Of a stretch of 64,000 bases of DNA, positions 13,120 through 25,757 are shown piece after piece. The stretch comes from Ascoidea asiatica JCM 7603. Lineage: Eukaryota > Fungi > Ascomycota. The number at the start of each line of letters is the position of its first letter. Positions within the stretch are counted from its first letter, which is position 1. A program made the position numbers and the translations under genes. The DNA lies in assembly GCA_001600695.1 (NCBI GenBank), contig BCKQ01000008.1, positions 338,569-402,568 of the forward strand. The letters are read 5' to 3'. Under the pieces are notes generated by a model. The model was given only the letters and a program-made list of their open reading frames with translations. It searched no databases and was not told the DNA's origin.

Positions 13120-13968
13120 TTAAAAGGCTTTATCCATTTGAACAAGTAAATCATCAATTTCTTTTTTATCAGCAGCAATTTTTTCAGCTTCAATTACTTT
13201 TTCATCTTTTTTAATATCATTATTATTATTACATTTTGGAATATTTTCATTATCTAAAATATTAAAAATCCAAGAAATCCAATTATTTACCATAACTTTA
13301 TTATTTGGAACATAATGACCACCAGGATGTTTATAAATAGTTGTTGTATTCAATTCACAAAATTTATCAATTAAAAGTTTTGAAAGATCATTTGAAACTA
13401 CAGTATCTAATTCACCCATGATATGTAAAGTTGGAATTTTAATTTTTTTATTATTTGGTAAATAAATATTTCTTAAATTTTCAGATTTTATTGGAAATCC
13501 ACTAAATAATAAACCAAATTTAATTTTTTTATTATTATTATTAAATAATTCTAAATTATTTAAAATTAAAGCAACTAAACCTGCACCTTGACTAAAACCC
13601 ATGATACCATCAAATGGACCTTTTTCAATAAAAATTTTTTGAATATAATTTATAACTAATTCTTTAAATTCATTTTCTGGATAATTATTTTTTTCATAAT
13701 CTTTACCAATTACTTTCCACCATCCATAATATTTAATTTCATTTTCAATTGAAATTTCTGAATCTAATTTTACAGGTTCAAAAGGTAAATCATCATTTTT
13801 TAAAAATAAACCACCATCAATAAAACAAGTTTCAAATTCATATTTATTTTCTTTTTTTGCATTTTTTTTTAATAATTTTCTAAAACCAGAAGTTTTTGCA
13901 TAAAATGATTTACCATTTTGAGCAAAACCATGAAGACATAAAATTCTTAATTTCTGAGGAGAAGACAT
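13120..13968 (-). CDS. FSH-family serine hydrolase (Fsh/OVCA2-like)
   Basis: ILCLHGFAQN, GPFDGIMGFSQGA nucleophile elbow, LHIMGELDTVV, HPGGHYVP. Confidence 0.92.
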   Translation of the reverse strand: MSSPQKLRILCLHGFAQNGKSFYAKTSGFRKLLKKNAKKENKYEFETCFIDGGLFLKNDDLPFEPVKLDSEISIENEIKYYGWWKVIGKDYEKNNYPENEFKELVINYIQKIFIEKGPFDGIMGFSQGAGLVALILNNLELFNNNNKKIKFGLLFSGFPIKSENLRNIYLPNNKKIKIPTLHIMGELDTVVSNDLSKLLIDKFCELNTTTIYKHPGGHYVPNNKVMVNNWISWIFNILDNENIPKCNNNNDIKKDEKVIEAEKIAADKKEIDDLLVQMDKAF

Positions 13969-14499
13969 TTTATTTTTTTTTTTTTATTACTCTTTTTGAT
14001 TTTTTAAGTACCTTTAGTATAAATATAATGAAATAAAGATTATGAATATATAAATAAATCTAGATTTATACACTATTTATATAATGTTATTTAGATAAAA
14101 GAGTGGAAATCTGATAAAAAATTATCAAAAACTTGATTACCAACCAAAAAAAAAAAAACAGTGAATAAAAACCGGGTAGCGGAAACCCGGCTTACGTAAT
14201 CCTGGAACCGGATTTTATAAACAAACGAGAAAAGATCAGAAATGATTTAAAAGAGAAAATCAACAAAGAAAATCAACAAAGAAAAGAACTTAAACAATCA
14301 ATGAACTTATAAACAATCAATGAATGAACTAATGGAATAACTAACAACTAATCAATCAATCAATCGATCAAAGAAGTAATAATCGATTTGGGGAGAAGTA
14401 AGTGAAGATAGGAAGAAGAAGAAGAAGAAGAAGAAGAAGAAGATTCACTACATAAGTAATCAATAGAAGAAAGACAAACAACAACACTTCATTATCATA

Positions 14500-15268
14500 A
14501 TGAGCCAATCTGTTTTGGCGCTAACAGAAATAGATATTTTAATAAATAATCTAAGAAATCCAAATGAAATAAAACAAATCATTAATCAAATAACTGGAAA
14601 GAAGATTTCAAGAAGTGAAACACTTTTACAATATCTTGCTTATTATATTCCAAAGATAAAAAATGAACAAAATTTATTCTTAGTTTTAGAATTTTTCTTT
14701 AATTCAAATATCTTTTTAAATAGATTCAATGATGATGATGATGATAATGATAATATAAATATAAATGAAGATTATAAAATTATTGAAGTTATTAAGACAA
14801 TTTTTGATAATAAAAATCAAATAAGTTTACCAACAATTTCTAATTTTAAATTTCATAATATTTTCATACAATCAATTTATAAATTAAATAAAAAAAATCA
14901 AATTAATAATAAAAATTTAAAATTAATTAAAAAAAATTATATTTTTTCAAATTTAATTATTACTGGAATTTTATTATCATTAAAAGATAATGAAATTAAA
15001 AAAAATTTTGAAAAAAATTTAATTTATTTATATATTAATAATTTAATAAAATTTTTAAAAATAAAATTTAAAAATTTTGATAATGAAAATTTTGAATTAA
15101 ATAAATTAATGATAATTTCAATAAGTTTATGTTTTATAAATTTAAATTTTAAAAATGAATATATTAATAATTCATTAAATATAAATAAATATAATAAATT
15201 TTTTTTAAAATTTTCAATTGATTATTTATTTAATGAAATTAGAAATGAAATTGAAGCTAATGAATATG

Positions 15269-15307
<39 letters not shown>

Positions 15308-16330
15308 TTAATCCAATAATTATAAATTTAAATAAAATTTCAAATTTTATTGAAATTTTAATAATTCAATTAGGTTCAAATGAAAAAAATATAATAAATT
15401 TAAAATTTTTTAATGAAATTATTGAAATAATTTTAATAAATTCAATAAAATTGAATAGTAATAAAGAAAATTTAATTAAAAATATAATTTTTTCAATAAT
15501 TTTAATATTAAATGGATTTTCAAATTTATCATTAAAATTTAATTATTTTACAATTAAAAGTAATAAAAATAATGAAAATAATGAAAATATTTTTGAATTG
15601 AAAGAAATTTATAATAAAATTTTTAAAATTTTATATTTTTTAAATTTTAATATTGAAAATATTGGTACTGGAGGATTTTATCATTATAAATTAATTTATA
15701 AAATTTCTATTGAAAATTTATTAAATTTAAATAAAATTATTAATATAAATGAAAAAAAAAATGAAAATTTAGAAAAATTATCAAATTTTTTCTTAAATGA
15801 TATTAATTGTAATTGTAATTGTAATAATATTAATAATAATAATATTGATAATAATAATTTATTAGATATAATTAAAGATGAAAAAAGTAAAAGTAAATTA
15901 AATTTTATTTTAAATTTTTGGGAAATTTTAATATTAAATTGTTCAAAATCATATAAAAATTTAATAATTAAATTAATTTTAAATAATTTAATTAAATTAA
16001 TTGAAATTAATAATTTTATTACAAATAATAAAAAAAATATAAATTTTATTGAAAATATACATTCATTAAAGATTATTGATATTAAATTTAGTAATGATAA
16101 TAATAATAATACTAACAATAGTAATAATAATTTTGAAGAGATTATAAATTATATAAATATAATTTTAAATTTTAAATATTTTAAAATTTTAAAAATTCAA
16201 CAAATTAAAATTATTTTAAATTCAATAAGTGAAATAATTTTATTAAATTTAAATGATAATTTTAATTTAAATAATATTAATAAATTTTTAAATTTAATAA
16301 AATTTAAAATTATTAAAAATATTTTAATAT

Positions 16331-16362
<32 letters not shown>

Positions 16363-16689
16363 TTTATTGAAATTAAAAATTTTAAAATTGAATTAATTGA
16401 AATAATTTTAAATTTATTACCAATTATTGATGAATTAAAATTATTTAAAAATTGGATAAATATAATTTATTATGAATTAATTTTAAATTTAAATAATGAA
16501 TTAAAATTAAATTTAAATTTAAATGAAAAAAAAGAATTAAATGATAAATTATGGGATATTATAAGTTTAAAATTAAGTATTGAGAAATTTAATTTTGCAA
16601 TTGAATGGTGGTTTAATAAAAAAGAGATTAATGAAATTAATGAAATTAATAATAATAATAAAAATTATATAAAAGATGTAAAATTATAA
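14500..16689 (+). CDS. PEX8: Peroxin 8 (importomer organiser), highly N/I/K/L-biased
   Basis: LLQYLAYYIPKIKNEQNL and NIGTGGF motifs; AIEWW near the C-terminus; PTS1-like C-terminal VKL. Confidence 0.7.
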
Positions 16690-17421
16690 ATATAAATATA
16701 AATAAAATATAAATAAAATAGAATAAAATAGTAATTTGGTTGGTTATATTAGTTTATGAGAAGAACCATGAAAGTGGTCTCTGTGTACCACGTTTGCGGG
16801 TGCGCGTAGATGTAAGTGCTAATACAGTATTGTGCATTTGATAGGAAGTTTCCATTCTTATGGGTGGAATGGCCTAAAATAGTAAATATCCTTGTTTTTT
16901 GAGGGTGAAAACGGAAAGAAATTTATGATTTCCAGGAGATGAAGAAGAAGATTTGAAAAAGTGAGTTTGAAATGGAGCAGAAAAGAGGAAAATTAAAAAA
17001 ATATGCAATTACCGAGCCACCAGGAGGTGCCTTACTCAGCCACACTTGTTTTATATTTTGTTTTATGTTTTTATGTTTTTGGTTGTGATGGGGGTGCAAA
17101 AGCGGAGAAGTTGGAAAGTAAAGTGAGGCTGAGGGATGGTAAGTGGATGGTAAGTGGATGGTGGATGGCGCATGAGTGGCGATTATTAATAATTTTACAT
17201 TTATTGTTCATACGAGCATTTTTAAGTAAGTGAAAGAGAGTGAAAATGCAATTAAAGAGATTTATTAAAGAGAAATTAAGATCTTTATTTATCAGTTAAT
17301 AAATCCATTATTTATAATCTTCAATTACAATTACATTTACATTAAGTAAATTATCTTTCTAGATTATTATAGATATCAATAGAATAGAATAGAATAGAAT
17401 AGAAAAGGAGGTATATTCATA

Positions 17422-18008
17422 ATGGCTACAAGAGGATTTGCATTTAAATTTCAAAGATTTTTAAATTCAGAAACTGGACCAAAAACCATACATTTTTGGG
17501 TAAGTTTAATCAAATATATTATTATATATATTATTATATATATTATTATATATATTATTATATATATATTGAGATAGAAATACTAATAATATATATATAT
17601 TTTTAATAAAATTCAAAGGCACCAACATTAAAATGGGGATTAGTAATAGCAGGAATAAATGATTTTAAAAGACCAGTAGAAACATTATCAGGTACACAAC
17701 AATTTGCATTAATGTGTACAGGATTAATTTGGACAAGATGGTCAATGGTTATAAAACCAAAAAATTATTTATTAGCATCAGTTAATTTTTTTCTTGGTGG
17801 TGTTGCTTTAACACAATTAACTAGAATTTCATCATGGAGATATTCAAATGGTGATTCAATTTTTGAAATTTTTAATTATTTATTAAATGGTAAAAAAAAT
17901 AATTTAATACAGAATAAAAATTTGGATTTAAAAGAAGAAATTAAAAAATTAGATGAAAAATTAGATGAAAAATTAACTTCTTCAATCTCAACAAGTAAAA
18001 GTACCTAG
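17422..18008 (+). CDS. MPC2: Mitochondrial pyruvate carrier subunit, spliced: exons 17422-17499 and 17619-18008
   Basis: Exon 1 MATRGFAFKFQRFLNSETGPKTIHFW joins in frame to APTLKWGLVIAGINDFKRPVETLSGTQQ...TGLIWTRWS. The ORF track shows only the 3' part. MPC2 versus MPC3 naming is not resolvable. Confidence 0.9.
17500..17618 (+). other. Spliceosomal intron (119 nt) in MPC2
   Basis: 5' GTAAGT, branch TACTAAT at 17581, first downstream AG is AAG at 17616-17618; removal restores the conserved HFW|AP. Confidence 0.88.
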
Positions 18009-18666
18009 TTATTACCTAGTTATTACCTAGTTATTTCTCATTTTTATCATCCTCTGTATTGAATCAACATTACCAAATACTTAAATACTTAAATACTTAA
18101 ATACTTCAGTACTTAAATACTTCAGTTAACTTAGGAGAATAGTTTCTAATGCGGATAAATGTGGATATAAACGGATTACATAATATCCAGTCACGGAAAT
18201 ATACTACTCCATCAGCACTGAATCCTGTGTCTAATCCACTTCTTTCCGTGCTCGGTTCCCGGCTCGTGCAACATTGCCACTGTGACACTGCGGGTACCAG
18301 TGCTGTGGTTCTCTCCTCTTATCGTTTTACTCTTCACTTCGATCATCATTTGATTCATTTATTATTATTGTATTATTGTACTATTATTATATATTATGTA
18401 TTATATATTATATATTATATATTATATATTCTTTAATCTTTCTTGTCACTGGCTTCATTTAAAACAACGTTATCTTATTAATAAGAAGCTTAATAATGTA
18501 GTGGTACTGTACTATTGTGGTATAAATATGTTTTGATTTCCTCTTTTTTATAATTCAATTGATTATAATTTATTCATCTCATTATTTATTATATTCTATA
18601 TTATACAATCACAATTAATACATTACTTATTATACTTATAATATTCAATTTATAAATATATTCAAA

Positions 18667-19358
18667 ATGGGTTTAAGAATAACTGAAATAATTGAAGATG
18701 ATTATGATAGTGATGATAATTCAATTATTATTAATAATAAAAATAATAATAAAAAACATTCAAATAATTCAATTTATTTATGTAAAAATTGTTTAACACC
18801 ATTATTAAATTCAAATTGGGTTGAAAGTTTTCAATTTAATGGTTTATATGGTAATGCATTTTTTACAAATAATTGTAAAAATTATTTAATTAATAAAAAA
18901 TTAAAATTTAAAAAAATGATGACTGGTTATTATTATATAAAATTAATTAATTGTAAACAATGTTTTAAAGAAATTGGTTGGAAATATATAAAATCTGATA
19001 ATATTAATCAAAAATATAAAGAAAATAAATTTGTTATTGAAAAAAATTTATTATCTATATTAAAATCAAATAATTATTTAAATTATAATCATTATATTAA
19101 TGAAAATGATGATGAAGAAGATATTGATGATGATGATGATGATGATGACGAGGATGACGAGGATGACGAAGATGATGATGAAGAAGAAAGTGATGATGAA
19201 GATGATGAAGATGAAAATAATACTTTAGATCATTTATTAATAAATGATTCAAATTATTCAATTTATGATAATAACTACTACAATTATAACAATATTCATA
19301 ATAATAACTTCAATTTCAATTTTAATACCAATAATTATCATAATAGTAATAGTAATAG

Positions 19359-19389
<31 letters not shown>

Positions 19390-19989
19390 GATATCAAAGA
19401 TAATGATAATAATGATAACAATGATAACAATGATAATAAAAAAAGACAAAAATTTGAAAATATTGAAAATACTAAAAATATTAATATAATTAATAAAATT
19501 ACAAATTCTAATTCAATTACAAATTCAAATTTAAATTCAAATTTAAATTCAAATTCAAATTCAAAAACAATAAGTTTACCTTCAATTAATTCAATTTTAA
19601 ATAATCCTTTAAATCCAATAATTCCATTAAATACAATAAATAACTTAAATAATATAAATAATATAAATAATATAAATAATTTAAATAATTTAAATAATTT
19701 AAGTTCTTTTTCTTATAATCTCTCAAATCATATCAATCTTTATAATAATAATATTCATAATAATATTTATATACCTAATAATAATCATAATCATAATATC
19801 AATAATAATATTAGTATTAGTAATAATAATAGTAATAGTATTAGTAATATTAACATAAATAATAATCAAAATAATAATCAATCAAACAATAATCAAAATA
19901 ATAATCAATCAAACAATAATCAATCAAATGATTCAAATTCAAATAATTTAAATAATTCTAATTCAAATAGTTATTATCCTTATTTTTAA
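18667..19989 (+). CDS. MOH1: Yippee-family protein with long acidic and Asn-rich tail
   Basis: YLCKNC...FNGLYGNAF...KMMTGYY...CKQC...IGWKY...QKYKENKFVIE Yippee domain. Confidence 0.8.
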
Positions 19990-20469
19990 ACTCCTTATTA
20001 CTTTTTCTTTTTCTTTTTCTTTTTCTTTTTTGCTATAATTATAACTTCTTTTCATATGGTTTTATCTGGTTTTTTATTGTTTTTTATCTGTTTTTTATCT
20101 GTTTTTATATATTTTGAAATTTATTTTCAATTGTTTTTATCTTATCTCTTTTCTTTTTAGATTCATATCTTTTAACATTTATTTTATTAGTTAAAATAAA
20201 TTTATAAATCCACAGTTATGGATGGAATGCAAAGCCATGTTACTTCTTGCATATTTATGTAAACATACATTAGAATACATTATAACACATCAACGTACAC
20301 TAACATGCATTTCCGGGTAACTTTTTTAATAAATATTCAATTTTAAATTTAATTTCTGATATTAATTTTTAAATATTTCATATATTCAATAATTGAAATT
20401 GAATAAACAATTGAATGTTTGAATAAATAATAACTCATTCAATAAGTTATTTTAAATTATTAATTAAAA

Positions 20470-21492
20470 ATGTCTTTGGCTTATAAATCTTTTAATCTAA
20501 CTAAATCTATAGTTAATAAATCATTTAATAAATCATTTAATAAATCATTTTTAAATTCACCATTTATAATTAAATCTAATTTTCATAAATTTTCAATAAA
20601 TTTAAATGAAAATAAAATTAAAACTTCATCATTATTTAGTGATTTAACAACAACTGAAAATATTAATAAAAATTTAAAAAATTCTTCAAAAACTTTTATT
20701 GATGAATTAGCTGAAAGAGCAGATTCTCAAACTGAAAATGAAATTTTAGATAATGAAAATGATGAAAATTTAAATTTATCAGAATTAGAAAAATTAAAAA
20801 ATCAATTAAAATTAACAAAATTAAAAATTAATAATGAAAATGATGATATTAATTTAAAAATTTATAATCTTAATAATCATACAAAATTACAAAATTTTAA
20901 TAGATTTTTAACTCCATTAAAAAAAAAAATTTATTTAAAAAATATAAAAAAAAATGGTTTTTTTAAAAATAATCAAATTATTAAAATTAATAATATTTCT
21001 TATAAATTAAATTTAACAAATGAAGAAATTGAAGCTTTAGAACCTTCAATTTATTTAAAATCTTTTAGAATTCAATCTTCAACAAAAAAAGCTTTACATA
21101 TTACAAGATTATTAAGAAAATTAACAATTAAAGCTGCTATAACTCAATGTCATTTTATAAATAAAAAAATTTCAAAAGAAATTCTTAAAGTACTTCAAAC
21201 AACTATTGAAAAAGCAAAAATTTTTAAAATTGATTTAAATAATTTATATATTGATCAAATTTGGACTGGTAATGATGGTGATATTTATAAAACTTTTGAT
21301 CCAAAATCAAGAGGTAGATTTGGTCAACTTAGACATAGACATATTCATATTAGAGCAATTTTAAAAACTGATCAAACTTTGAAAAGATTAAAATTTCAAA
21401 AAGATTTAAAAGCAGAAAAAGCAAGACCTGTTGATCAATCTTTAGTTAATCAACCATTAAGAGGTCTTCCAAAATCTTTCTACAGTTGGTGA
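20470..21492 (+). CDS. MRPL22: Mitochondrial ribosomal protein uL22m
   Basis: EEIEALEPSIYLKSFRIQSSTKKA...LYIDQIWTG...KSRGRFG; basic/hydroxylated presequence-like N-terminus. Confidence 0.9.
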   Translation: MSLAYKSFNLTKSIVNKSFNKSFNKSFLNSPFIIKSNFHKFSINLNENKIKTSSLFSDLTTTENINKNLKNSSKTFIDELAERADSQTENEILDNENDENLNLSELEKLKNQLKLTKLKINNENDDINLKIYNLNNHTKLQNFNRFLTPLKKKIYLKNIKKNGFFKNNQIIKINNISYKLNLTNEEIEALEPSIYLKSFRIQSSTKKALHITRLLRKLTIKAAITQCHFINKKISKEILKVLQTTIEKAKIFKIDLNNLYIDQIWTGNDGDIYKTFDPKSRGRFGQLRHRHIHIRAILKTDQTLKRLKFQKDLKAEKARPVDQSLVNQPLRGLPKSFYSW

Positions 21493-21770
21493 TTTAATCA
21501 AGTTTTACTTTTATCTCATCTGATATCATCTGATATCATATTATATAACCACAACCACTAATAAATAAATTCGTGTAAATAAATAAATAAATAATCAATT
21601 GAAATAATTGAAATAATTGAAATATTCGTATATAAATTGTATAAAGTGTGTAGTGATAGTAAAAGGTGGATGGAACACCTGACTTTCATCGCTTCCACAT
21701 TTAAATTACAACCTTTTTTTGTGTGAAAAGTTTCGTTTTAGAACTTTATGAGAGGAAATTGAAATATTTG

Positions 21771-21778
21771 ATGACTCA
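21771..21778 (+). promoter_or_regulatory. Gcn4/AP-1 site ATGACTCA upstream of WRS1
   Basis: Exact TGACTCA about 190 bp before a tRNA-synthetase ATG. Confidence 0.45.
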
Positions 21779-21968
21779 ATTGAGATAAGAAATTACATTA
21801 TTTTATTTCATTCTTATCATATCATATTGTTGTCTAGAACTGCTGATAAATAATTGAAGAACTTATTTTTATTGTTGGTTACTTAATTTGTTATTGCAAT
21901 CAATCAATCAATCAATCAATTTAGTAAGAAATATAGATTTATCAAGATAGAATAAGAATAGAAAAAAA

Positions 21969-23273
21969 ATGTCTGTTAAAGAAGTTGAAAAAAAAGTTGA
22001 AAAAAAAGTTGAAGATTTAAAAATTGAATCAAATCAAAATAATGAAGAACAAAAAATAACACCATGGGAAGTTGAAGGTGCTATTGTTGATGGTAAAGCT
22101 CAAGTTATTGATTATACAAAATTAATTAAACAATTTGGTACAAAAGAAATTACAAATGAAACTTTAGAAAGATTTACAAAAGTTACTGGTTATCAACCAC
22201 ATAATTTTTTAAGAAAAGGAATTTTTTTCTCAGAAAGAGATTTTAATAAAATTTTAGATTTATATGAACAAGGTAAACCTTTTTTTCTTTATACAGGTAG
22301 AGGACCATCAAGTAATTGTATGCATTTAGGACATTTAATACCATTTATGTTTACAAAATGGTTACAAGAAGTTTTTGATGTACCTTTAGTTATAGAATTA
22401 ACAGATGATGAAAAATTTTTATTTAAACCAAAATTAACAATTAATGATGTTAAAACTTTTGCAAAAGAAAATGCAAAAGATATAATTGCAGTTGGTTTTA
22501 AACCTGAAAATACTTTTATATTTAGTGATTTAGAATTTATGAATAGTTCATTTTATGAAAATGTTGTAAGAACTTCAAGAACAATTACTACAACTACTGC
22601 AAAAGCTGTATTTGGATTTACAGATTCTGATTGTATTGGAAAAATTCATTTTGCTTCAATTCAAATTGCAACTGCATTTCCATCAAGTTTTCCAGGAATT
22701 TTAGATTTACCATCAAAAACTCCATGTTTAATACCATGTGCAATTGATCAAGATCCATATTTTAGAGTTTGTAGAGATGTTGCAGATAAATTAAAATTTA
22801 GTAAACCATCTTTAATTCATGCAAGATTTTTTCCTGCTTTACAAGGTTCAACAACAAAAATGTCAGCTTCAGATTTAAATACTTCAATTTTTATGACAGA
22901 TTCAAATAATCAAATTAAAAAAAAAATTAATAAATATGCTTTTAGTGGAGGTAAAGCAACAATTGAAGAACATAGAAAATTTGGTGGAAATCCAGATATT
23001 GATGTTTCTTATCAATATTTAAGTTTTTTTAAAGATGATGATGAATTTTTAAAAAAAATTTATAATAATTATAAATCTGGTGAATTATTAAGTGGAGAAT
23101 TAAAATTAGAATGTATAAAAGTTTTACAAAATGTTGTTAATGAATTTCAAGAAAGAAGAAAAAATGTAAGTAATGAAATTTTAGATAGTTTTATGAAACC
23201 ACATAAATTAATTTTTGGTAATAAAGAAAGATTAGTTCCAATTAAACCAAAAGTTAAAAAAGATAAAAAATAA
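21969..23273 (+). CDS. WRS1: Cytoplasmic tryptophanyl-tRNA synthetase
   Basis: ITPWEV, LYTGRGPSS..MHLGH (HIGH), CAIDQDPYFR, KMSAS. Confidence 0.97.
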   Translation: MSVKEVEKKVEKKVEDLKIESNQNNEEQKITPWEVEGAIVDGKAQVIDYTKLIKQFGTKEITNETLERFTKVTGYQPHNFLRKGIFFSERDFNKILDLYEQGKPFFLYTGRGPSSNCMHLGHLIPFMFTKWLQEVFDVPLVIELTDDEKFLFKPKLTINDVKTFAKENAKDIIAVGFKPENTFIFSDLEFMNSSFYENVVRTSRTITTTTAKAVFGFTDSDCIGKIHFASIQIATAFPSSFPGILDLPSKTPCLIPCAIDQDPYFRVCRDVADKLKFSKPSLIHARFFPALQGSTTKMSASDLNTSIFMTDSNNQIKKKINKYAFSGGKATIEEHRKFGGNPDIDVSYQYLSFFKDDDEFLKKIYNNYKSGELLSGELKLECIKVLQNVVNEFQERRKNVSNEILDSFMKPHKLIFGNKERLVPIKPKVKKDKK

Positions 23274-23508
23274 ATAAACTTTTATATATATTTATTTATA
23301 TAAATAAATCAATAAATAAATGAATAAATGAATAAATAAATAAATATTTAAATTGAAAATCATATATTATTTGATAGATTGATTATTTTATAGAGTTTGA
23401 TTTTTTTTTATTCAAAAAGAAAAAAAATATGGAAAAAAAGAAAAACCGAATGTTGAAATAGATAAAGATTGATAATTTATTAAATAATTTATTTAAAAGA
23501 TAATTGAT

Positions 23509-23855
23509 TTAATCATCTTCAAAACCTTTTAAAGATAAATCTCTTGGTCTATTTGGTATTGGATAAGTTTCTGGAATTGGATTATGATCAGCATATAAGA
23601 ATTTTCTTCTTAATGGAGTTATAGTATAAATTGCAGCAGGACCAGCTAAACCAATTATTACAGAATAAAATAAATGTGGTCTTGTATGAGAATAATATCT
23701 TGCCCACTTTATAATGAAAAAATAATAATATTGAAAAAAAATTGATAAAATTAATTAGTTTATTGATTCAATTGAGATTGTTTTAAGATTGATATATATT
23801 AACTTACACGAATTGGTTGCTTGAAATAAACAGGTTTTGGACCTAATGAACTCAT
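23509..23855 (-). CDS. Complex I accessory 9.5-kDa subunit (NI9M / NDUFA3-like), 81 aa, spliced: exons 23855-23808 and 23706-23509
   Basis: Manual translation: MSSLGPKPVYFKQPIR|WARYYSHTRPHLFYSVIIGLAGPAAIYTITPLRRKFLYADHNPIPETYPIPNRPRDLSLKGFEDD*. Not in the ORF track. Confidence 0.85.
23707..23807 (-). other. Spliceosomal intron (101 nt) in the NI9M gene
   Basis: 5' GTAAGT at 23807, branch-like AACTAAT at 23760-23754, first AG is AAG ending at 23707. Confidence 0.85.
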
Positions 23856-24843
23856 TTTTTTAAATATATATTATATTGAAGAAGCTAAATTGATTATTAT
23901 AATAAACACTGTTTATATTTTCAGTATTATTTTATTTATTAATCTTCTGATTATTCAATGATTAACCTAGATTATACCAGTTCAATTCTTTAATATTAAT
24001 TTAAAGCTTCATTTTCAAAGTGGCCCATACAAATTAATTGTATCGATTATTTATTGCAATACTTTTATTGGCCACCCGTACTGCCTATACAGGCATTGCC
24101 TATTATAGATTAGCACTTAATACTACCGTATTAAACATATAAATGAAGAGTAAAGCTTTTTTATAAGAAATTCCTGATCAAGGTATGTTTCCGCTAACCA
24201 GCCTTCTAAATCTATTTTAGGGTTATGTGCCACTTAATCATTCATATTGTGGCTGTCACATAGTTAAATATCACTATGCTGGCTCCTGTATTACTCTGCC
24301 GTGTCAGTACTGCTTGCATTGTCCCGCGCCCAGCGCCCAACTCCCCAACTTCCCAATTCCCAACCTCCCAATTCCCAACCTCCCAGCGTTCGCACTTTCA
24401 CAGCATTCGCACTTTCACAGCAGCCTTGAGCCTTAAACACTAAAATAATAATACGCAATTCAACACCGTGACAATCTGCAAAAAATGTTAACTTTTCTGT
24501 TACTATTAGCCTTAGTTTAGTTCTATTTTATTTTGAATGTTAAATACTAATTAAAATCAATTATTAAAGGGCCTCATTATCGATAAGGATAAATTTTAAT
24601 TCTAAATTTTACTTTACTTATTTTATTACTTATTAATGTGACTTGTTCATTAACCATTGTTTTTTATATAAAATATTATCTTCATAATTATATTTAATTT
24701 TTTTCTATTCCCTTTATATTTCATCATATTTCATTATTCAAATATATATATATATATATATATAATATTCTTTCTTGATTCAATAGTTAGTCAGTGAATA
24801 GTAATAACTAAATTCAAATACATATATAATAATAATAATAAAA

Positions 24844-25506
24844 ATGGGATTTTATCAAGATTTATTACCTTTATCAACAGGTTTAATTATATCTGCATCA
24901 TCATTTTGTTTAGGTATAGTTTATTCAAATTTTCAATATGATTGGAAAACATTATTTTCAAAAATTTCAACAGAACAAGATTTTTTAAATTCTTTAAATC
25001 ATTATAAAAATTGGAGAACAAATCCATTATCAATTTTACATATTATTCATATAATTTTTTCAATTGGTATAATTGGATTTTGTATAAAAATTTGGAAACC
25101 AACTGATGATTCATATTTATTTGATTATTCATCTTTAGCTTTATTTGTTTTATCAATGATAATTTATGTAACAAATTTAAAAATTGGTGCAGATAGTTGT
25201 ATAAGTGGTGAATGGGGTGAAGTTGATTGGAAAACAGGTTTAAATGTTATGGCTGCAAGTCAAATTATGATTATATTTTTATTAGTTGGAGTTTTATTTT
25301 TACAAGCTGGACAATTTTATTCTGAATTTGATTTTAAAAGACAAACAAGAAATTTTGAGAAAAAATTAATTGAAGAAGAAAATAATAAAAAAAAAGATTT
25401 AAATAAAAAAGAAAAATCTTCTTTAAATAATAATAAAAAAGATAAATTATCATCAAATAAAAAAGATGAAAAATCAAATGGTATTTCAACTGGTGTTGAA
25501 AAATAA
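24844..25506 (+). CDS. SHR3: ER packaging chaperone for amino-acid permeases
   Basis: TGLIISASSFCLG...YDWKTLF...LFDYSSL...GEWGEVD...LNVMAASQ...LVGVLFLQAG; four TM segments and a Lys-rich tail. Confidence 0.92.
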   Translation: MGFYQDLLPLSTGLIISASSFCLGIVYSNFQYDWKTLFSKISTEQDFLNSLNHYKNWRTNPLSILHIIHIIFSIGIIGFCIKIWKPTDDSYLFDYSSLALFVLSMIIYVTNLKIGADSCISGEWGEVDWKTGLNVMAASQIMIIFLLVGVLFLQAGQFYSEFDFKRQTRNFEKKLIEEENNKKKDLNKKEKSSLNNNKKDKLSSNKKDEKSNGISTGVEK

Positions 25507-25757
25507 TATAATTTTCTTTTCATTTCTATTATGTATATCAATTATATAAACATTTAAATCTAATAAATAATGTAAATTTAATTTTTCTTCTGTATATCAT
25601 TTTTATTAATATAATATTGTTTTAAGTGATTCTAAAAGTTACATATAAATTAATTGAAAATGCTACAACTACTACTACTACTACTACATAATGATAATAA
25701 GTAATTGATATTGAGATATATTAGTAAGATATAAAATATATATTAAAAATAAATAAA

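Noticed and set aside
21769-21846. Possible box C/D snoRNA (TGATGA...CTGA) upstream of WRS1
   Set aside because: No terminal stem or recognisable rRNA antisense element; the overlapping TGACTCA is better explained as a Gcn4 site.
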